The notes under the pieces: generated by a model
Databases searched by the model: none
Told to the model about the DNA's origin: nothing
What the model saw: only the letters and a program-made list of their open reading frames with translations
Made by a program: the position numbers and the translations under genes
Shown here: positions 20,068 through 32,831 of the stretch, one piece after another
Position numbering within the stretch: position 1 is the stretch's first letter
Layout of the letters: every line of letters begins with the position of its first letter
Origin: Macrostomum hystrix
Taxonomy: Eukaryota > Animalia > Platyhelminthes
Direction of reading: 5' to 3'
NCBI GenBank assembly: GCA_950097015.1
Contig: CATNEN010000003.1
Location: 4,588,001-4,652,000, forward strand
DNA: 64,000 nt

Positions 20068-23000
20068 GCCCTTGCTTCCCGCAATGTCCGCAATATCACC
20101 TGGACAAAAGCAGTTAGTTACCTGATTTAACCAAGCCAACATTTAAATTCTAGCTAAACAATTATTTAACAGAGACTTTAGTACAGAAATTCTACATTTA
20201 AATAAACGGTAGGTGACTTATTATTATGTAATATAGACTAAATTTAAACACGTTGAAATATGCAGCTAAGACTCATTGAAATACTGGTCGGTGAGCAGTG
20301 TGTCTCTAAGCAAATTGCAGTCCACAAAAGTCCTGCTGCTCGATGCCCTCTGGCCACTTCTAACACCACCTCCACTGACTCATCTCTCCCCTGTTTCATC
20401 TCTCCCGTCTCCTGTCTCATCTCTCCCCTGTCTCCCCTGTCTCATCTCTCCCCTGTCTCATCTCTACCCTGTCTCATCTCTCCCACCTGTCTCCCCTGTC
20501 TCATCTCTCCCCTGTCTCATCTGTCTCATCTCTCCCCTGTCTCCCCTGTCTCATCTCTCCCCTGTCTCATCTGTCTCATCTCTCCCCTGTCTCATCTCTC
20601 CCCTGTCTCATCTGTCTCATCTCTCCCCTGTCTCATCTCTCCCCCTGTCTCTTCCCTGTCTCATCTCCACTCTGTTTCATCTCTCCCGTCTTAACTCTTC
20701 CCTGTCTCATCTCTCCCGTCTTAACTCTTCCCTGTCTCATCTCTCCCGTCTTAACTCTTCCCTGTCTCATCTCTCCCCTGTCTCATCTCTCCTCTGTCTC
20801 ATCTCTCCGCTGTCTCATCTCTTCCCTGTCTCATCTCTCCGCTGTCTCATCTCTCCCCTGTCTCCCCTGTCTCATCTCTCCCCTGTCTCATCTGTCTCAT
20901 CTCTCCCCTGTCTCATCTCTCCTCTGTCTCATCTCTCCGCTGTCTCATCTCTCCCCCTGTCTCTTCCCTGTCTCATCTCCACTCTGTCTCATCTCTCCCG
21001 TCTTAACTCTTCCCTGTCTCATCTCTCCCGTCTTAACTCTTCCCTGTCTCATCTCTCCCGTCTTAACTCTTCCCTGTCTCATCTCTCCCCTGTCTCATCT
21101 CTCCTCTGTCTCATCTCTCCGCTGTCTCATCTCTCCCCCTGTCTCTTCCCTGTCTCATCTCCACTCTGTCTCATCTCTCCCGTCTTAACTCTTCCCTGTC
21201 TCATCTCTCCCGTCTTAACTCTTCCCTGTCTCATCTCTCCCGTCTTAACTCCTCCCTGTCTCATCTCTCCCCTGTCTCATCTCTCCTCTGTCTCATCTCT
21301 CCGCTGTCTCATCTCTTCCCTGTCTCATCTCTCCCCTGTCTCATCTCTCCCCTGTCTCATCTCTCCTCTGTCTCATCTCTCCTCTGTCTCATCTCTCCCC
21401 CTGTCTCTTCCCTGTCTCATCTCCACTCTGTCTCATCTCTCCCGTCTTAACTCTTCCCTGTCTCATCTCTCCCGTCTTATCTCTCCCCTGTCTCATCTCT
21501 CCCGTCTTATCTCTCCCCTGTCTCATCTCTCCACTGTCTCATCTCTCCACTGTCTCATCTCTCCCCTGTCTCATCTCTCCCCTGTCTCATCTCTCCCCTG
21601 TCTCTTCCCTGTCTCATCTCCACGCTGTCTCATCTCTCCCATCTTAACTCTTCCCTGTCTCATCTCTCCCTGTCTCATCTCTCCCTGTCTCATCTCTCCC
21701 TGTCTCATCTCTCCCCTGTCTCATCTCTACCCGGTCTCATCTCTACCCTGTCTCATCTCTACCCTGTCTCATCTCTACCCGGTCTCATCTCTCCACTGTC
21801 TTATGTATCCTCTGCTGCCGCCACCGCTGGATCCTCCGCTGCTGTCGAAACTTACTTGTAAGTTATGGATTCATCGGATCCATAACTTACCAATGAGCAG
21901 TTAGTCATTGACACGATCCACGCTGAAAGAAGCAATGAGAGCTTGCGAAGCGAACTTTCTTAGACACAATCGTTCGAGCATTGGTAAAAACAACTTACTC
22001 GCACAGAAGGAAAAGTGTGTCATTTTTATTATGTAAATGAAAACCGTCTTAACTCTTCCCTGTCTCATCTCTCCCGTCTTAACTCTTCCCTGTCTCATCT
22101 CTCCCGTCTTAACTCTTCCCTGTCTCATCTCTCCCCTGTCTCACCTCTCCTCTGTCTCATCTCTCCGATGTCTCTCATCTCTCATCTGTAATGAAAAATT
22201 ACTGAGATGCACAGACATCCAGTAAATGCTTCGCTAGCTGGCAGAACCACGACTGAACCCGGGAAATTACGCGGATTTTCCGTGGACAAAATTTTGCGCA
22301 CAGTTTACACATGAAACAATCAGCCCTTGCTTCCCGCAATGTCCGCAATATCACCTGGACAAAAGCAGTTAGTTACCTGATTTAACCAAGCCAACATTTA
22401 AATTCTAGCTAAACAATTATTTAACAGAGACTTTAGTACAGAAATTCTACATTTAAATAAACGGTAGGTGACTTATTATTATGTAATATAGAATAAATTT
22501 AAACACGTTGAAATATGCAGCTAAGACTCTTTGAAATACTGGTCGGTCAGCAGTGTGTCTCTAAGCATAATGCAGTCCACAAAAGTCCTGCTGCTCGATG
22601 CCCTCTGGCCACTTCTAACACCACCTCCACTGACTCATCTCTCCCCTGTTTCATCTCTCCCGTCTCCTGTCTCATCTCTCCCCTGTCTCCCCTGTCTCAT
22701 CTCTCCCCTGTCTCATCACTACCCTGTCTCATCTCTCCCACCTGTCTCCCCTGTCTCATCTCTCCCCTGTCTCATCTGTCTCATCTCTCCCCTGTCTCCC
22801 CTGTCTCATCTCTCCCCTGTCTCATCTGTCTCATCTCTCCCCTGTCTCATCTCTCCTCTGTCTCATCTCTCCGCTGTCTCATCTCTCCCCCTGTCTCTTC
22901 CCTGTCTCATCTCCACTCTGTTTCATCTCTCCCGTCTTAACTCTTCCCTGTCTCATCTCTCCCGTCTTAACTCTTCCCTGTCTCATCTCTCCCGTCTTAA

Positions 23001-23519
23001 CTCTTCCCTGTCTCATCTCTCCCCTATCTCATCTCTACCCTGTCTCATCTCTACCCTGTCTCATCTCTACCCTGTCTCATCTCTACCCTGTCTCATCTCT
23101 ACCCTGTCTCATCTCTCCACTGTCTTATGTATCCTCTGCTGCCGCCACCGCTGGATCCTCCGCTGCTGTCGAAACTTACTTGTTTTGAGAATATAAATTT
23201 TTTATTTCATCGGATCCATAACTTACCAATGAGCAGTTAGTCATTGACACGATCCACGCTGAAAGAAGCAATGAGAGCTTGCGAAGCGAACTTTCTTAGA
23301 CACAATCGTTCGAGCATTGGTAAAAACAACTTACTCGCACAGAAGGAAAAGTGTGTCATCTTTATTATGTAAATGAAAACCTTAGAAAATGAAAAATTAC
23401 TGAGATGCAGACATCCAGTAAATGCTTCGCTAGCTGGCAGATCCACGGCTGAACCCGGGAAATTACGCGGTTTTTCCGTGGAGAAAATTTTGCGCACAGT
23501 TTACACATGAAACAATCAG
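20068..23519. repeat. Tandem segmental duplication (copy 1 ~20068-22322, copy 2 ~22323-23519) containing CCTGTCTCATCTCTCC minisatellite arrays
   Basis: GCCCTTGCTTCCCGCAATG...TTACACATGAAACAATCAG occurs twice. Internal arrays at ~20378-21805, 22046-22189 and ~22633-23125. Confidence 0.93.
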
Positions 23520-24276
23520 AATAGAATAGAATAATTAGTAAACTAAGCCTGTTTGTCTATTATTGCCTGTAGAAAGTAATCATCGATTAATTAGATTGTT
23601 AGTAAATATTTATTTTAAAGAATCCATAAATTAGGGTTGCTTTTTTAATCAAGTTATAACTGTCAATATATACTACTCTAGCTTTAACTTCGGCAAGTAC
23701 AGGGCTAGAAAAATGTGCAACAATTATGGTGATAGCGTTGTACACTGAGAATTAAGGGTAAGGCATGAGAAAGGGAACTTAAGTCTTTAAGTACATTTCT
23801 GTGTACATTATTGTATACAAGTACAATTTATTATAAAAAAATAGGAGCAAATTCCAATAATTATCTTCTAGCAGTAGAGGGCCCTGGTTGTCCATATAAT
23901 TGTTTATTAATCTGATTAGTAATTTTTATCAATAAATGTTATGAAGTCTATTACAAATTAGTTCACACTGTATATGTACTGATCATAACAGTTAGGCCCT
24001 TCACAAAACATGGCGAGTAACCCGTGGCTAATCCACAGATTTTCCAGAGAAAAACCACGGGGAAAACAATCTCAGATGGTAGGCCCTAGAACCAACGGAC
24101 GGTGATTATACTCCACTCTGACTCAGTTTCTTCGAGTGCCATACAGAGAGTTATTATCTTAATTTACGATTTAGATATTTATTCAAATCTTAAACTCATT
24201 GGTTATCCTGTTGTTACCTACTGTGAGTCCAATTTCGTTGCTTATGATTTAAATAAATTAAAAAGCTTAACTATAT

Positions 24277-25420
24277 GAGAGAGGGGAGGGGAGAGGGGAG
24301 AGGGGAGAGGGAGAGGGGAGAGGGGAGAGGGCAGAGGGGAGAGGGGAGAGGGGAGAGGGGAGAGGGGAGAGGGGAGAGGAGAGAGGGGAGAGGGGAGAGG
24401 GGAGTGGAGAGGACAGAGGAGATGAGATGAGAGAGGAGAGGAGAGAGGAAAGAGGGGACAGCAGAGAGGGGAGAGGAGAGAGAAGATGTAGAGGAGAGAG
24501 GAAAGAGGGGAGAGGGGAGAGGAGAGAGGGGAGAGGGGAGAGGGGAGAGGGAAGAGGGGAGAGGGGAGAGGGGAGAGGGGAGAGGGGAGAGGGGAGAGGA
24601 GAGAGGAGATGTAGAGGAGATAGGAAAGAGGGGAGAGGAGAGGAGAGAGGGGAGAGGGGAGAGGAGAGAGGGGAGAGGGGAGAGGAGAGAGGGGAGAGGG
24701 GAGAGGGGAGAGGGGAGGGGAGAGGACAGAGGAGATGAGATGAGAGAGGAGAGGAGAGAGGAAAGAGGGGACAGCAGAGAGGGGAGAGGAGAGAGAAGAT
24801 GTAGAGGAAAGAGGAAAGAGGGGAGAGGGGAGAGGAGAGAGGGGAGAGGAAAGAGGAAAGAGGGGAGAGGGGAGAGGAGAGAGGAGAGAGGGGAGAGGAA
24901 AGAGGGGAGAGGGGAGAGGAGAGGGGAGAGGGAAGAGGAGAGAGGGGAGAGGGGAGAGGAGAGAGGGGAGAGGGGAGAGGAGAGAGGGGAGAGGGGAGAG
25001 GAGAGAGGGTAGAGGAGAGAGGAGATGTAGAGGAGATAGGAAAGAGGGGAGAGGAGAGGAGAGAGGGGAGAGGGGAGAGGAGAGAGGGGAGAGGGGAGAG
25101 GAGAGAGGGGAGAGGGGAGAGGGGAGAGGGGAGGGGAGAGGACAGAGGAGATGAGATGAGAGAGGAGAGGCGAGGGGAAAGAGGGGACAGCAGAGAGGGG
25201 AGAGGAGAGAGAAGATGTAGAGGAGAGAGGAAAGAGGGGAGAGGGGAGAGGAGAGAGGGGAGAGGGGAGAGGGAAGAGGAGAGAGGGGAGAGGGGAGAGG
25301 AGAGAGGGGAGAGGGGAGAGGAGATGTAGAGGAGATAGGAAAGAGGGGAGAGGAGAGGAGAGAGGGGAGAAGAGAGAATAATGAGGAGAGAGGAGCTAGA
25401 TTAGGCAGGGGAGAGGGGAG
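24277..25420. repeat. Polypurine (GAGAGGG)n simple repeat with higher-order units
   Basis: Almost pure G/A tract. Confidence 0.95.
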
Positions 25421-25598
25421 TGGAGATTTAATTTATTTCTGGCCTTCATGAGCTAACCTTGCAGTTACTCGTAAATTGAATTTTCAGATATTCACTGGTG
25501 AAAGCCCTCAACTGAACTAACAGATCAGCGCCAACGATAACTCATCGATCAGCCAGCGGCCTTGATCCGAGAGAATCCGGCACACAATTAAACTTTCT

Positions 25599-25922
25599 AT
25601 GGCGGCCGCCGGAGGCCATTGCACCGCAACAACATCGCCGCTACTGCAAGAGCAATGGCAGCCGCCACCAACACGAGTCTTCTCGGAGCCCCAGGTACCG
25701 TTCTTTGAGTACCTGCTGGTTAGGCTGTGCCGCAGGTGCCAATCAGGGGAAGTGACCTACGCTTGCATCCCGTGCGGTCACATCTGCCTGTGTACAGCCT
25801 GCCAGCGGGAGCTGCGAGCCGACGTACTTCTCAGCAGCAGCAGCGGCGGCCCACCAGTTTGCCCAGCCCACTTGTGCGCCCGAGAGGTGAGCGATTTCTG
25901 GCCGGCCTACTTTTTCCATTAA
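25599..25922 (+). CDS. Small RING-finger (C3HC4, IAP/MDM-type) protein, putative E3 ligase
   Basis: C-RR-C...ACIPCGHICLC-TA-C...CPAHLC motif at the C-terminus. In-frame stop upstream of the ATG; acceptor TTTTCAG at 25487 may be a 5' UTR intron end. Confidence 0.78.
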   Translation: MAAAGGHCTATTSPLLQEQWQPPPTRVFSEPQVPFFEYLLVRLCRRCQSGEVTYACIPCGHICLCTACQRELRADVLLSSSSGGPPVCPAHLCAREVSDFWPAYFFH

Positions 25923-26514
25923 CAATAGAAAGACTATGCTTTTTTCAACGTTGTTGAAAAACAACGTTGTTTTCACCGGTGTTTTAAACTCATTCTGCGC
26001 TATATCGACATGCCGAGGGGTTAGCAAAAAATACAGTTTTTTTTAATACGAAAAAACCCTTCGCATGCTACCTATATTATATACTTAGGCTTATATTATA
26101 TACTTATATTTACGATGGCAAGTTTTTTGCTTTGCATTAAATATTTCATCATAGTATAATTTCAGTTAAAGCTGAAAATTTTATACCCACTTTATTGTGC
26201 TAAAAGAAAGATAAAATATAGTCATACTATTTATTTACATATCTTACTATCCTAGCTAATTATTAAGTAGGTATTAATAATTCTGGATGAATTACGCTTT
26301 GTCATCTCTAGAAAAATCATCCCCAAAATAAGACATGATTTCCCGTCGGTAACATCCTTATTTTTCCCACAATGTCAATATGTGGTAAGTTTTTTCTAGC
26401 TTACTACTCAAAGTAGGTTTGCTTATAAACAGGCTAAAAGCTTGAACTTTGGACATTTGTTAACAGCCTTTTATACTTCTAGGAGACAGAAATAAACAAT
26501 AGGCTATAAATATT

Positions 26515-26720
26515 TAACAGTAGTAACACCGCGCAAATTTTCCCTGCGGAAAGACCTCGTAGGCATTTCAATTACCCACTGCCTACTTCACGACAACTCC
26601 CAAACCGAATGACCGATTTTCGTGAAAGTCCACCATATGGATCAAAGTTTTCCACCCTTTACGATGAACTAGCTTCCAAGCGTTCGAGTCAGCATCGGCG
26701 AGATATTCAGCATCTTTGTC
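26515..26720 (+). repeat. Dispersed repeat, class unresolved
   Basis: TACCCACTGCCTAC...CTCCCAAACCGAAT.ACCGATTTTCGTGAAA.TCCACCAT.TGGATCAAA...GTCAGCATCG.CGAGATATT is shared with 37038-37195. Confidence 0.75.
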
Positions 26721-27567
26721 AAAGACTGTGACAGTTAATAACAATTAACTGCAATTAACAATAACAAAAGAAAAATATTAACAATACGTACGTACCAAAA
26801 TGGTACGTATATTTGTGGACTTTGCCACCAGACACACCTTGAATATCACGACGATGCAGGTGAAAAACGCAGAAATGCCTAAATTTGTGTGCAATTTAAG
26901 AATAACGACACCCCTTCTAACACGGATTTTCATTGCTATCTATCAGCATTTGTATTAGCAAACTATGTATCATAATTATGGGATGCTTTTTTGTTAAAAT
27001 TACGCGCTCTAAGAAGAAAATGTACTTTTCCTCAACTTGCTTCTGATTTAAATATTATATATATATTTATTCTATAAATTCTGTTACATATTTTCGATAT
27101 TAAAAAAATTACAATCTTAAATGTTCTGTCTAGTTTTCAGTTTGTAAAAAAACACAACTTAAGATGTATTCATCTATTAAACGAAACACAGCTTATTGAC
27201 AAATCATTTTCTACTATTTCAGTTTTTGCATAGCTATGATGTGAAAGCAACGATGATTTTCGCGTCACCAGACGCGATTCGATTCCAGATTTCGATTTCG
27301 ATTCCAGAAAATTGATAACTATTGAAATTATTTTTTAGATATTTAAACTGCGTTCTGTATCTAATTTAAACTGCGCGTATCTCAATCGGCTGATTTGACT
27401 CTAGCGTTTTTTTTCACTTAAATGTCTGTTTTAATTCACCAACTTAATGGCTTAATTTGTGCTACCTCAAGCCAATCAGTAATGTAGTCTTACTTTTCTT
27501 TGTTAGCTTGTATTTGGCTCCATATTTTCCCTGTGACTTCATTTATGGTTCTCCTTTTTTCGCTTCA

Positions 27568-28201
27568 TGTTGTGATATTTTGACTTAGGTCTCTCTTTGC
27601 GTTGAGATCCCTAAATGAGGGCGGGTGTCCTACTCTTTGTCTTTGCGATAGACTCTATTGCCGTAACTCGAAAATAACGAAGACAAGACGATTCAGGATT
27701 CCAAGCTAAACAGCTGATATTTAAGTGTTAACTATAGTTAACAAGAGAAAGCTATGGATGGTTAATTCCCCTGGCAGCGCTCTTCCCGTTCCGTGCCAGG
27801 TATACTGCACTAGATTAAATATTAAACTCACAATTCGCACTGGTAAATTACTAATAAAATCTCGGTGGCCTCAAAACAAGAACACGCGAACTCTATACTA
27901 CTCGAAAATACTCTGGACACAAACAAGAACTCACGAAAATAACGTGACAATTGGCACAAATAACTCCTATAGATAGTCCCTAAGACAAAACCTAACCCAA
28001 AGTCCTAGTCTGAACCGAGGCGACCAGCAAGCACTTCCGCACTATGGCACAACGATAGTTCTATCGTGCCACACCTAATGTCAGTTTGACGGCGTCCCAC
28101 CGATGATTGTCGGCGATATGGAGAGTATACTTCCGTGCTTGCCAATCCCCTATCTAACACTCCGTCAGCAGTTGGCCAGACGTACCGAGCTCAGCGCAAC
28201 A
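27568..28201. mobile_element. Possible solo LTR
   Basis: Bounded by TGTTG...CAACA, ~630 bp, no coding capacity. No TSD found. Confidence 0.3.
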
Positions 28202-28545
28202 GTGTTCATCTTCAGGTTTATTTTAAACGAATATAGCGAGTAGAGAAGTGAATAAATATGAGATTTTTGGGTGTAAATTTAATCAATATTTTAATATTTT
28301 CAGTACATATTTGATAGCCCGTAAGTCCAGAGGCAAAGTCCAGGGACGGATTGTTAGCGTTGCAGCCAACAGTACAGAATGTACAGCCAGTGCCCCCTCC
28401 CTCAGAACACACGGAGAACATGGCCCGCGCCACCGTGTTGGAGTTCAGTGTTGAGGTTGGGGGAATGAGCTTTAATGTACAACGCTTCAAGAATCTGCAG
28501 TTTGGAGTCAAATGAGCATTGGTCAAAAGATGACGCGGATGTTGC
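28202..28545 (-). mobile_element. Penelope-like retroelement relic (C-terminus of GIY-YIG endonuclease plus 3' region)
   Basis: Peptide DQCSFDSKLQILEALYIKAHSPNLNTELQHGG..L.VF* fits the L.I.E.L.IK...P.LN motif that ends Penelope ORFs. Confidence 0.6.
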
Positions 28546-30439
28546 AATTAAGAGAGAAAATAAGCAAGCTGACACTACAATGTACACAACAAAAAACGAA
28601 AAAACTAGGAAAGTAAAAAAGCCTACAAAATAAATTAATCGAATGAAAAGACTGCAAAAAATATATAAATATAAATATAAAATATAAAAAAGCACAAAAA
28701 CATTGATCAATTAAAAGCCTAAAAAACGTCATTTGTGCATTTCAATTTTTAGTTTACTCTTTAGTGCTATCTATCCAGCACTGTAAGTATACGAATCTAT
28801 CGCGCACTCCGGATTAAATCATGTGATTACTTTTCGTTTAAAATACTTCGATAAGCCAGCGTCTATGGCTCAAAATAAAGCGGTCTATGGTTCTCATTTA
28901 CGAGTATTAAAAATTGTTTCCTTAAATTTAATGCAGTTCCGACATTTTTACCATAGACAGTTTGCACGATTTGATCTGTGTACGACCGACTCGTAGTTCC
29001 TTTCCTCGGTTCTCGTCTCTCTTATTAAATCTCTTTTTAGCTATTGTTCGGTAATCTACATTAAACAACTATGTCAGATCCGCCGTATATACTTCCTGAC
29101 GGACTCCCTCTCATTCGTTGAAGTCTGATATATCGGCTTATAACTCGATAGTCCTTCTCGACGAATCGGATTTATCGACAAAGTTAAATTAGTTTTGTGA
29201 GTGATTCTTCAAGAAACTAATTTGGGCTCCGCAGCCCCACTAGTTTTACACAGATCAGAGCTAATTTAATATGTTGTCATGCAAGACTCCTGGCTGTCAT
29301 GGCATTCTAATAAAGTTACTTCTCTTGCTAGTTTTCGTCTCTTGTGAGGCTTTTAATTTTTTTCTTATTTATCTCTTTGTTTCCTCTTTTCTCACATTTC
29401 GTTTTTTAGCTCTCTCGCAACAGTTCACCCTCTCTGTCTCGATTATTTTTTGCTCTATATGCTTCACTGTGATTAAATTTTCTGTTAAACTCTTATAGGT
29501 AGCCTTGAGTCACTCTGACTGCTGCTACTGGCAACTAATCTGTTGATATTAAACGCAATGGGTTAGATATTTTATACTTTTTTGCTTAATATCAAGATAT
29601 TTTTGCTTAAATCTAGGAGGGAGACGAAGTAGTTAGTGAGAGGTCTCGTCATTCGAGTCGAGTCGAGTCAATTAAGTTAGCTTTAAATTGTTTTCGAATA
29701 TACGAATACATACTGCAGATACAATTAGCATTTTTGTTCGCTGTGCCACACGTTGAAAATTATAAGAGCTAAACCGGAAAAAGGTGAAAAATTCCAGTTT
29801 TGAATTTTCAGTTCGGTTTGGTTTGCTCATTTGGACATATGAACATCTGGATAAATATAGCGCCAGGCGTACGTTCTTTACGCTTTTCCAGAGACTCACT
29901 ATGCCTAGCTTTTGCGCGTCTTCATGATAAATTCCCTATCCTAAGTACATGAAGCGACTTGTTGCTGCGTCATCTAAGGCTGAAGTTCCTATTTGCGTAC
30001 TCTCGCTTGCTTAGAAAATTGTTTAGAAACGCTAGGTTCACAAGTATTTAATGTACGTCGTCTTAGATGGGTCAATTATCTACCGAGAGACTCAGTGCTT
30101 TAAATCGAATGTGTTCTCATAGAAACTTAAGAAAGTTTAAACAGACCGTGAAATAGCGTGTAGAATTAAAATTGATTTCAACCGAATTTGAAAGTGATTA
30201 AAAACTTATTACACTCTGACAGCCGCTTCGAAAGGCAATAGGTAAGTACAACTTAATTAAGCCCAGGTTTTCATTTCGAATCATGCACAAGACTTTTAAT
30301 GTTAATTGACTGATCCGGGGTGCTGGCAAATGGACGAATTAAATTTAAACTAAAAGAAGTAAGAAGGATTTACTGCACAATCGTTAAAAGGCGACGAGAC
30401 TAAGGAGAAGCAAGAAGCCGGGTCAACACGCTTTTCATA

Positions 30440-30644
30440 CAGTATACCAATATTGATAGGCTGCATGCAGAGGGCTGAAACGAGGTAAAACATCGAGGCG
30501 TGTTGCGCCGAGGCGTTTCACCTCGTTTCAGCCAGAGCAGCCTATCCATATTTGTGTTGTAGTTAGCCTACGCGTGTTGAAACGAGGTTGAAACTAACGG
30601 CAGCCCGCTAGCCCTCTGCACAATATATCAATATTGGTATATTG
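30440..30644. mobile_element. Tc1/mariner-type MITE
   Basis: TA-CAGTATACCAATATTGATA ... TATCAATATTGGTATATTG-TA (19-bp TIR, 1 mismatch, TA flanks); internal hairpin GGCTGAAACGAGG..CCTCGTTTCAGCC. Confidence 0.7.
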
Positions 30645-31129
30645 TAGATAGCGGGCATGAAACGCGTTTCACGGCCCGCCCGCTGTGCATATCTATGGAA
30701 TTCGACCATAGACAACAGCAGAGGGCGGGCTTCCTTGCTATACTATGCAAGTATTGAGGTACTTGCATAGAAACCGCTAGATTAAGCAGATAGAATGCCT
30801 TGCTTTAAAATATATCGTAATTTATTGATTTATTTAATTTATTAATAATTTATTAATTTATTTATAAGAATTGAGATACAGTCTCGTGATTGTAAATGTA
30901 CAAACTGTCGTACGCAATTGTATCTATTGGAATCCAGCTTTCTAGCTGTGAGGCCAAAAACTTTAGCTTGTTAGTGGAAAATCGGAAAAAATAGAGAGGG
31001 TCGTTTTACCTTTTTAAATTCGATACCTAATCTTCGAGAAAAGTCTAAATATGTGGACACCTCTGATACGAGTATTTTACCGCAAAACATTGCAGGAAAG
31101 CTTAACAACTGTAGACAGGCTCGAGTACC

Positions 31130-32713
31130 ATGGCAGCCGCGCAACTGTCGATACCCTCTTTGAACCGGTCGGTTACCCTTGGAACTCTATACAATAGTAA
31201 AAATGGAGAATTGCTCTACGGACTGAAGCTCTGGTCCAAGGAACAAATCGAGAGCATGTTGCATCGACAGCGAAACGACTCGATGGAGTGCGAATTCCTG
31301 AAGGAAAACTCTCTGTCTGACAAAGCCAAACATCTCGACGTGAGCGGTCAGCTTTCCCTGTCATTGCTGTCCGGAGCCATCACAGTTGGCGGTTCTGGAC
31401 GCTACCTCACTGACAGCAAGCAGTCCAGCGAAACAGAAAGCTTGACCTTTCGAATTCAGTCGAAGACGGAGTTTGAAGAGATTCACCTGCCTCCGGAGCT
31501 AAAAATCTCGGACACTGACAGATTTCACGGCGCGACTCACATAGTGACTGCCATTCAGTACGGCGGAACGGCTCTATTTACCTTTGAAATGAACAAGTCG
31601 GATTTAAAATCAGAAGATAATGTATCGGGTGGACTTCAGGCTGAGATTAGTAAGTTTGCATTCCTCAGCACGAAGGGCTCAGTTGATCTTAAACTTAAAA
31701 CCAGCGAAGTTGCAACTAGCCAGAAAATCCGAGTGACATATCGAGGAGACTTTCATTTAGAAAGTCCGGCAACGACTGTTAGTGAAGCCTTGGTGGGCAT
31801 TCAACGGGTCAAAGGATCTCAGGCGAAGACCCCAGTACAAGTCACTCTGACCCCTTTACACTGGCTTACACAAGAAAAAGTCCCTGCCAATCAGGAACTG
31901 TTTTCTAAAGATACTATTTTCAACGGACTCAAAATTTATGAGTCGTTTAACAGAGCTATTACTGCAACCGAACAAGCTCGAGACAATTTGAGGTCTACTT
32001 TCTGGACCAGTTTAATAAGGCAATTGGAAATAGATCTTCAGCAAATCAAGAAAGAAAAACGTTGGCTGGATGAAACTTTGAGTTCACATATCCGAAAGAT
32101 CTCATCTGAAGCAGCCTCCACCGAAGCAGAAAAGGAAAAGCTAAGTATGAAGCTTCTACCCCTTGAGAACGCGTCTCAATCACACGAACAGTGGTCCAGT
32201 AAATTACTGGAGGAGGTCAAAGCGCTTGTAGAGATTTCTGAAGAACTCAGACGCCTCAAAGTCATGCCAGTGACGAGCCACAGTGAAAGGACGCGCTTTA
32301 AGTTAAACGCCAAAAACGGCGACATGCTAGTTCGCATCTCTTTGGCATCGGCTAAATTCAAATTGAACTCCTTCAAATCAGCCGGTAGTCTGAACATTTT
32401 TAGCACGTCTCAGTCGGAAGACGGATTCTACTCTGGTTTTTACTCGCTTAAGAAACTCATCCAGGCTAACGAAGCCTCCGAGCCAGATGATGACAGTGAC
32501 ACAAATGCGAAAGAGAGCGCTGAACAGGCCAAGAAAGCAGTCGAACAATTCGAAGATCTGGACTCTGTTGATGGGATTTCGATCAGTCTAAAGGTATTTA
32601 CTGACGGAAATTGGTGCGACAAGCCAATACCGATTCTGGCAAGTTGCCATGTTGCATGCACTATGAATGCAAGTTGTAAGAAGCAAAAAACAATCAAGAA
32701 AGCAAGAAAATGA
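31130..32713 (+). CDS. Stonustoxin/verrucotoxin-like (SNTX MACPF/CDC domain) pore-forming protein 1
   Basis: Intronless 527-aa ORF with SLNRSVTLGTLYN, LKLW, DKAKHLDVSGQLSLSLLSGAITVGGSGRYL, ATHIVTAIQYGG.A.F.F and PVQVTLTPL, followed by a helical region. Confidence 0.88.
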   Translation: MAAAQLSIPSLNRSVTLGTLYNSKNGELLYGLKLWSKEQIESMLHRQRNDSMECEFLKENSLSDKAKHLDVSGQLSLSLLSGAITVGGSGRYLTDSKQSSETESLTFRIQSKTEFEEIHLPPELKISDTDRFHGATHIVTAIQYGGTALFTFEMNKSDLKSEDNVSGGLQAEISKFAFLSTKGSVDLKLKTSEVATSQKIRVTYRGDFHLESPATTVSEALVGIQRVKGSQAKTPVQVTLTPLHWLTQEKVPANQELFSKDTIFNGLKIYESFNRAITATEQARDNLRSTFWTSLIRQLEIDLQQIKKEKRWLDETLSSHIRKISSEAASTEAEKEKLSMKLLPLENASQSHEQWSSKLLEEVKALVEISEELRRLKVMPVTSHSERTRFKLNAKNGDMLVRISLASAKFKLNSFKSAGSLNIFSTSQSEDGFYSGFYSLKKLIQANEASEPDDDSDTNAKESAEQAKKAVEQFEDLDSVDGISISLKVFTDGNWCDKPIPILASCHVACTMNASCKKQKTIKKARK

Positions 32714-32831
32714 AGCTGGTGGAAATCAAATCGAATCATGATATAGTATTTGCTTTGAAATTTTTTCCTTTTTGCTTTTCCGCTGCGAATTAATAAGCAT
32801 ATTTGAATTCATACGTCTTGAATGCCGACGA

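Noticed and set aside
18832-23196. Long ORFs of 220-540 aa (LSHLS/CLISP repeats)
   Set aside because: Translations of a stop-free 16-bp minisatellite, open in several frames.
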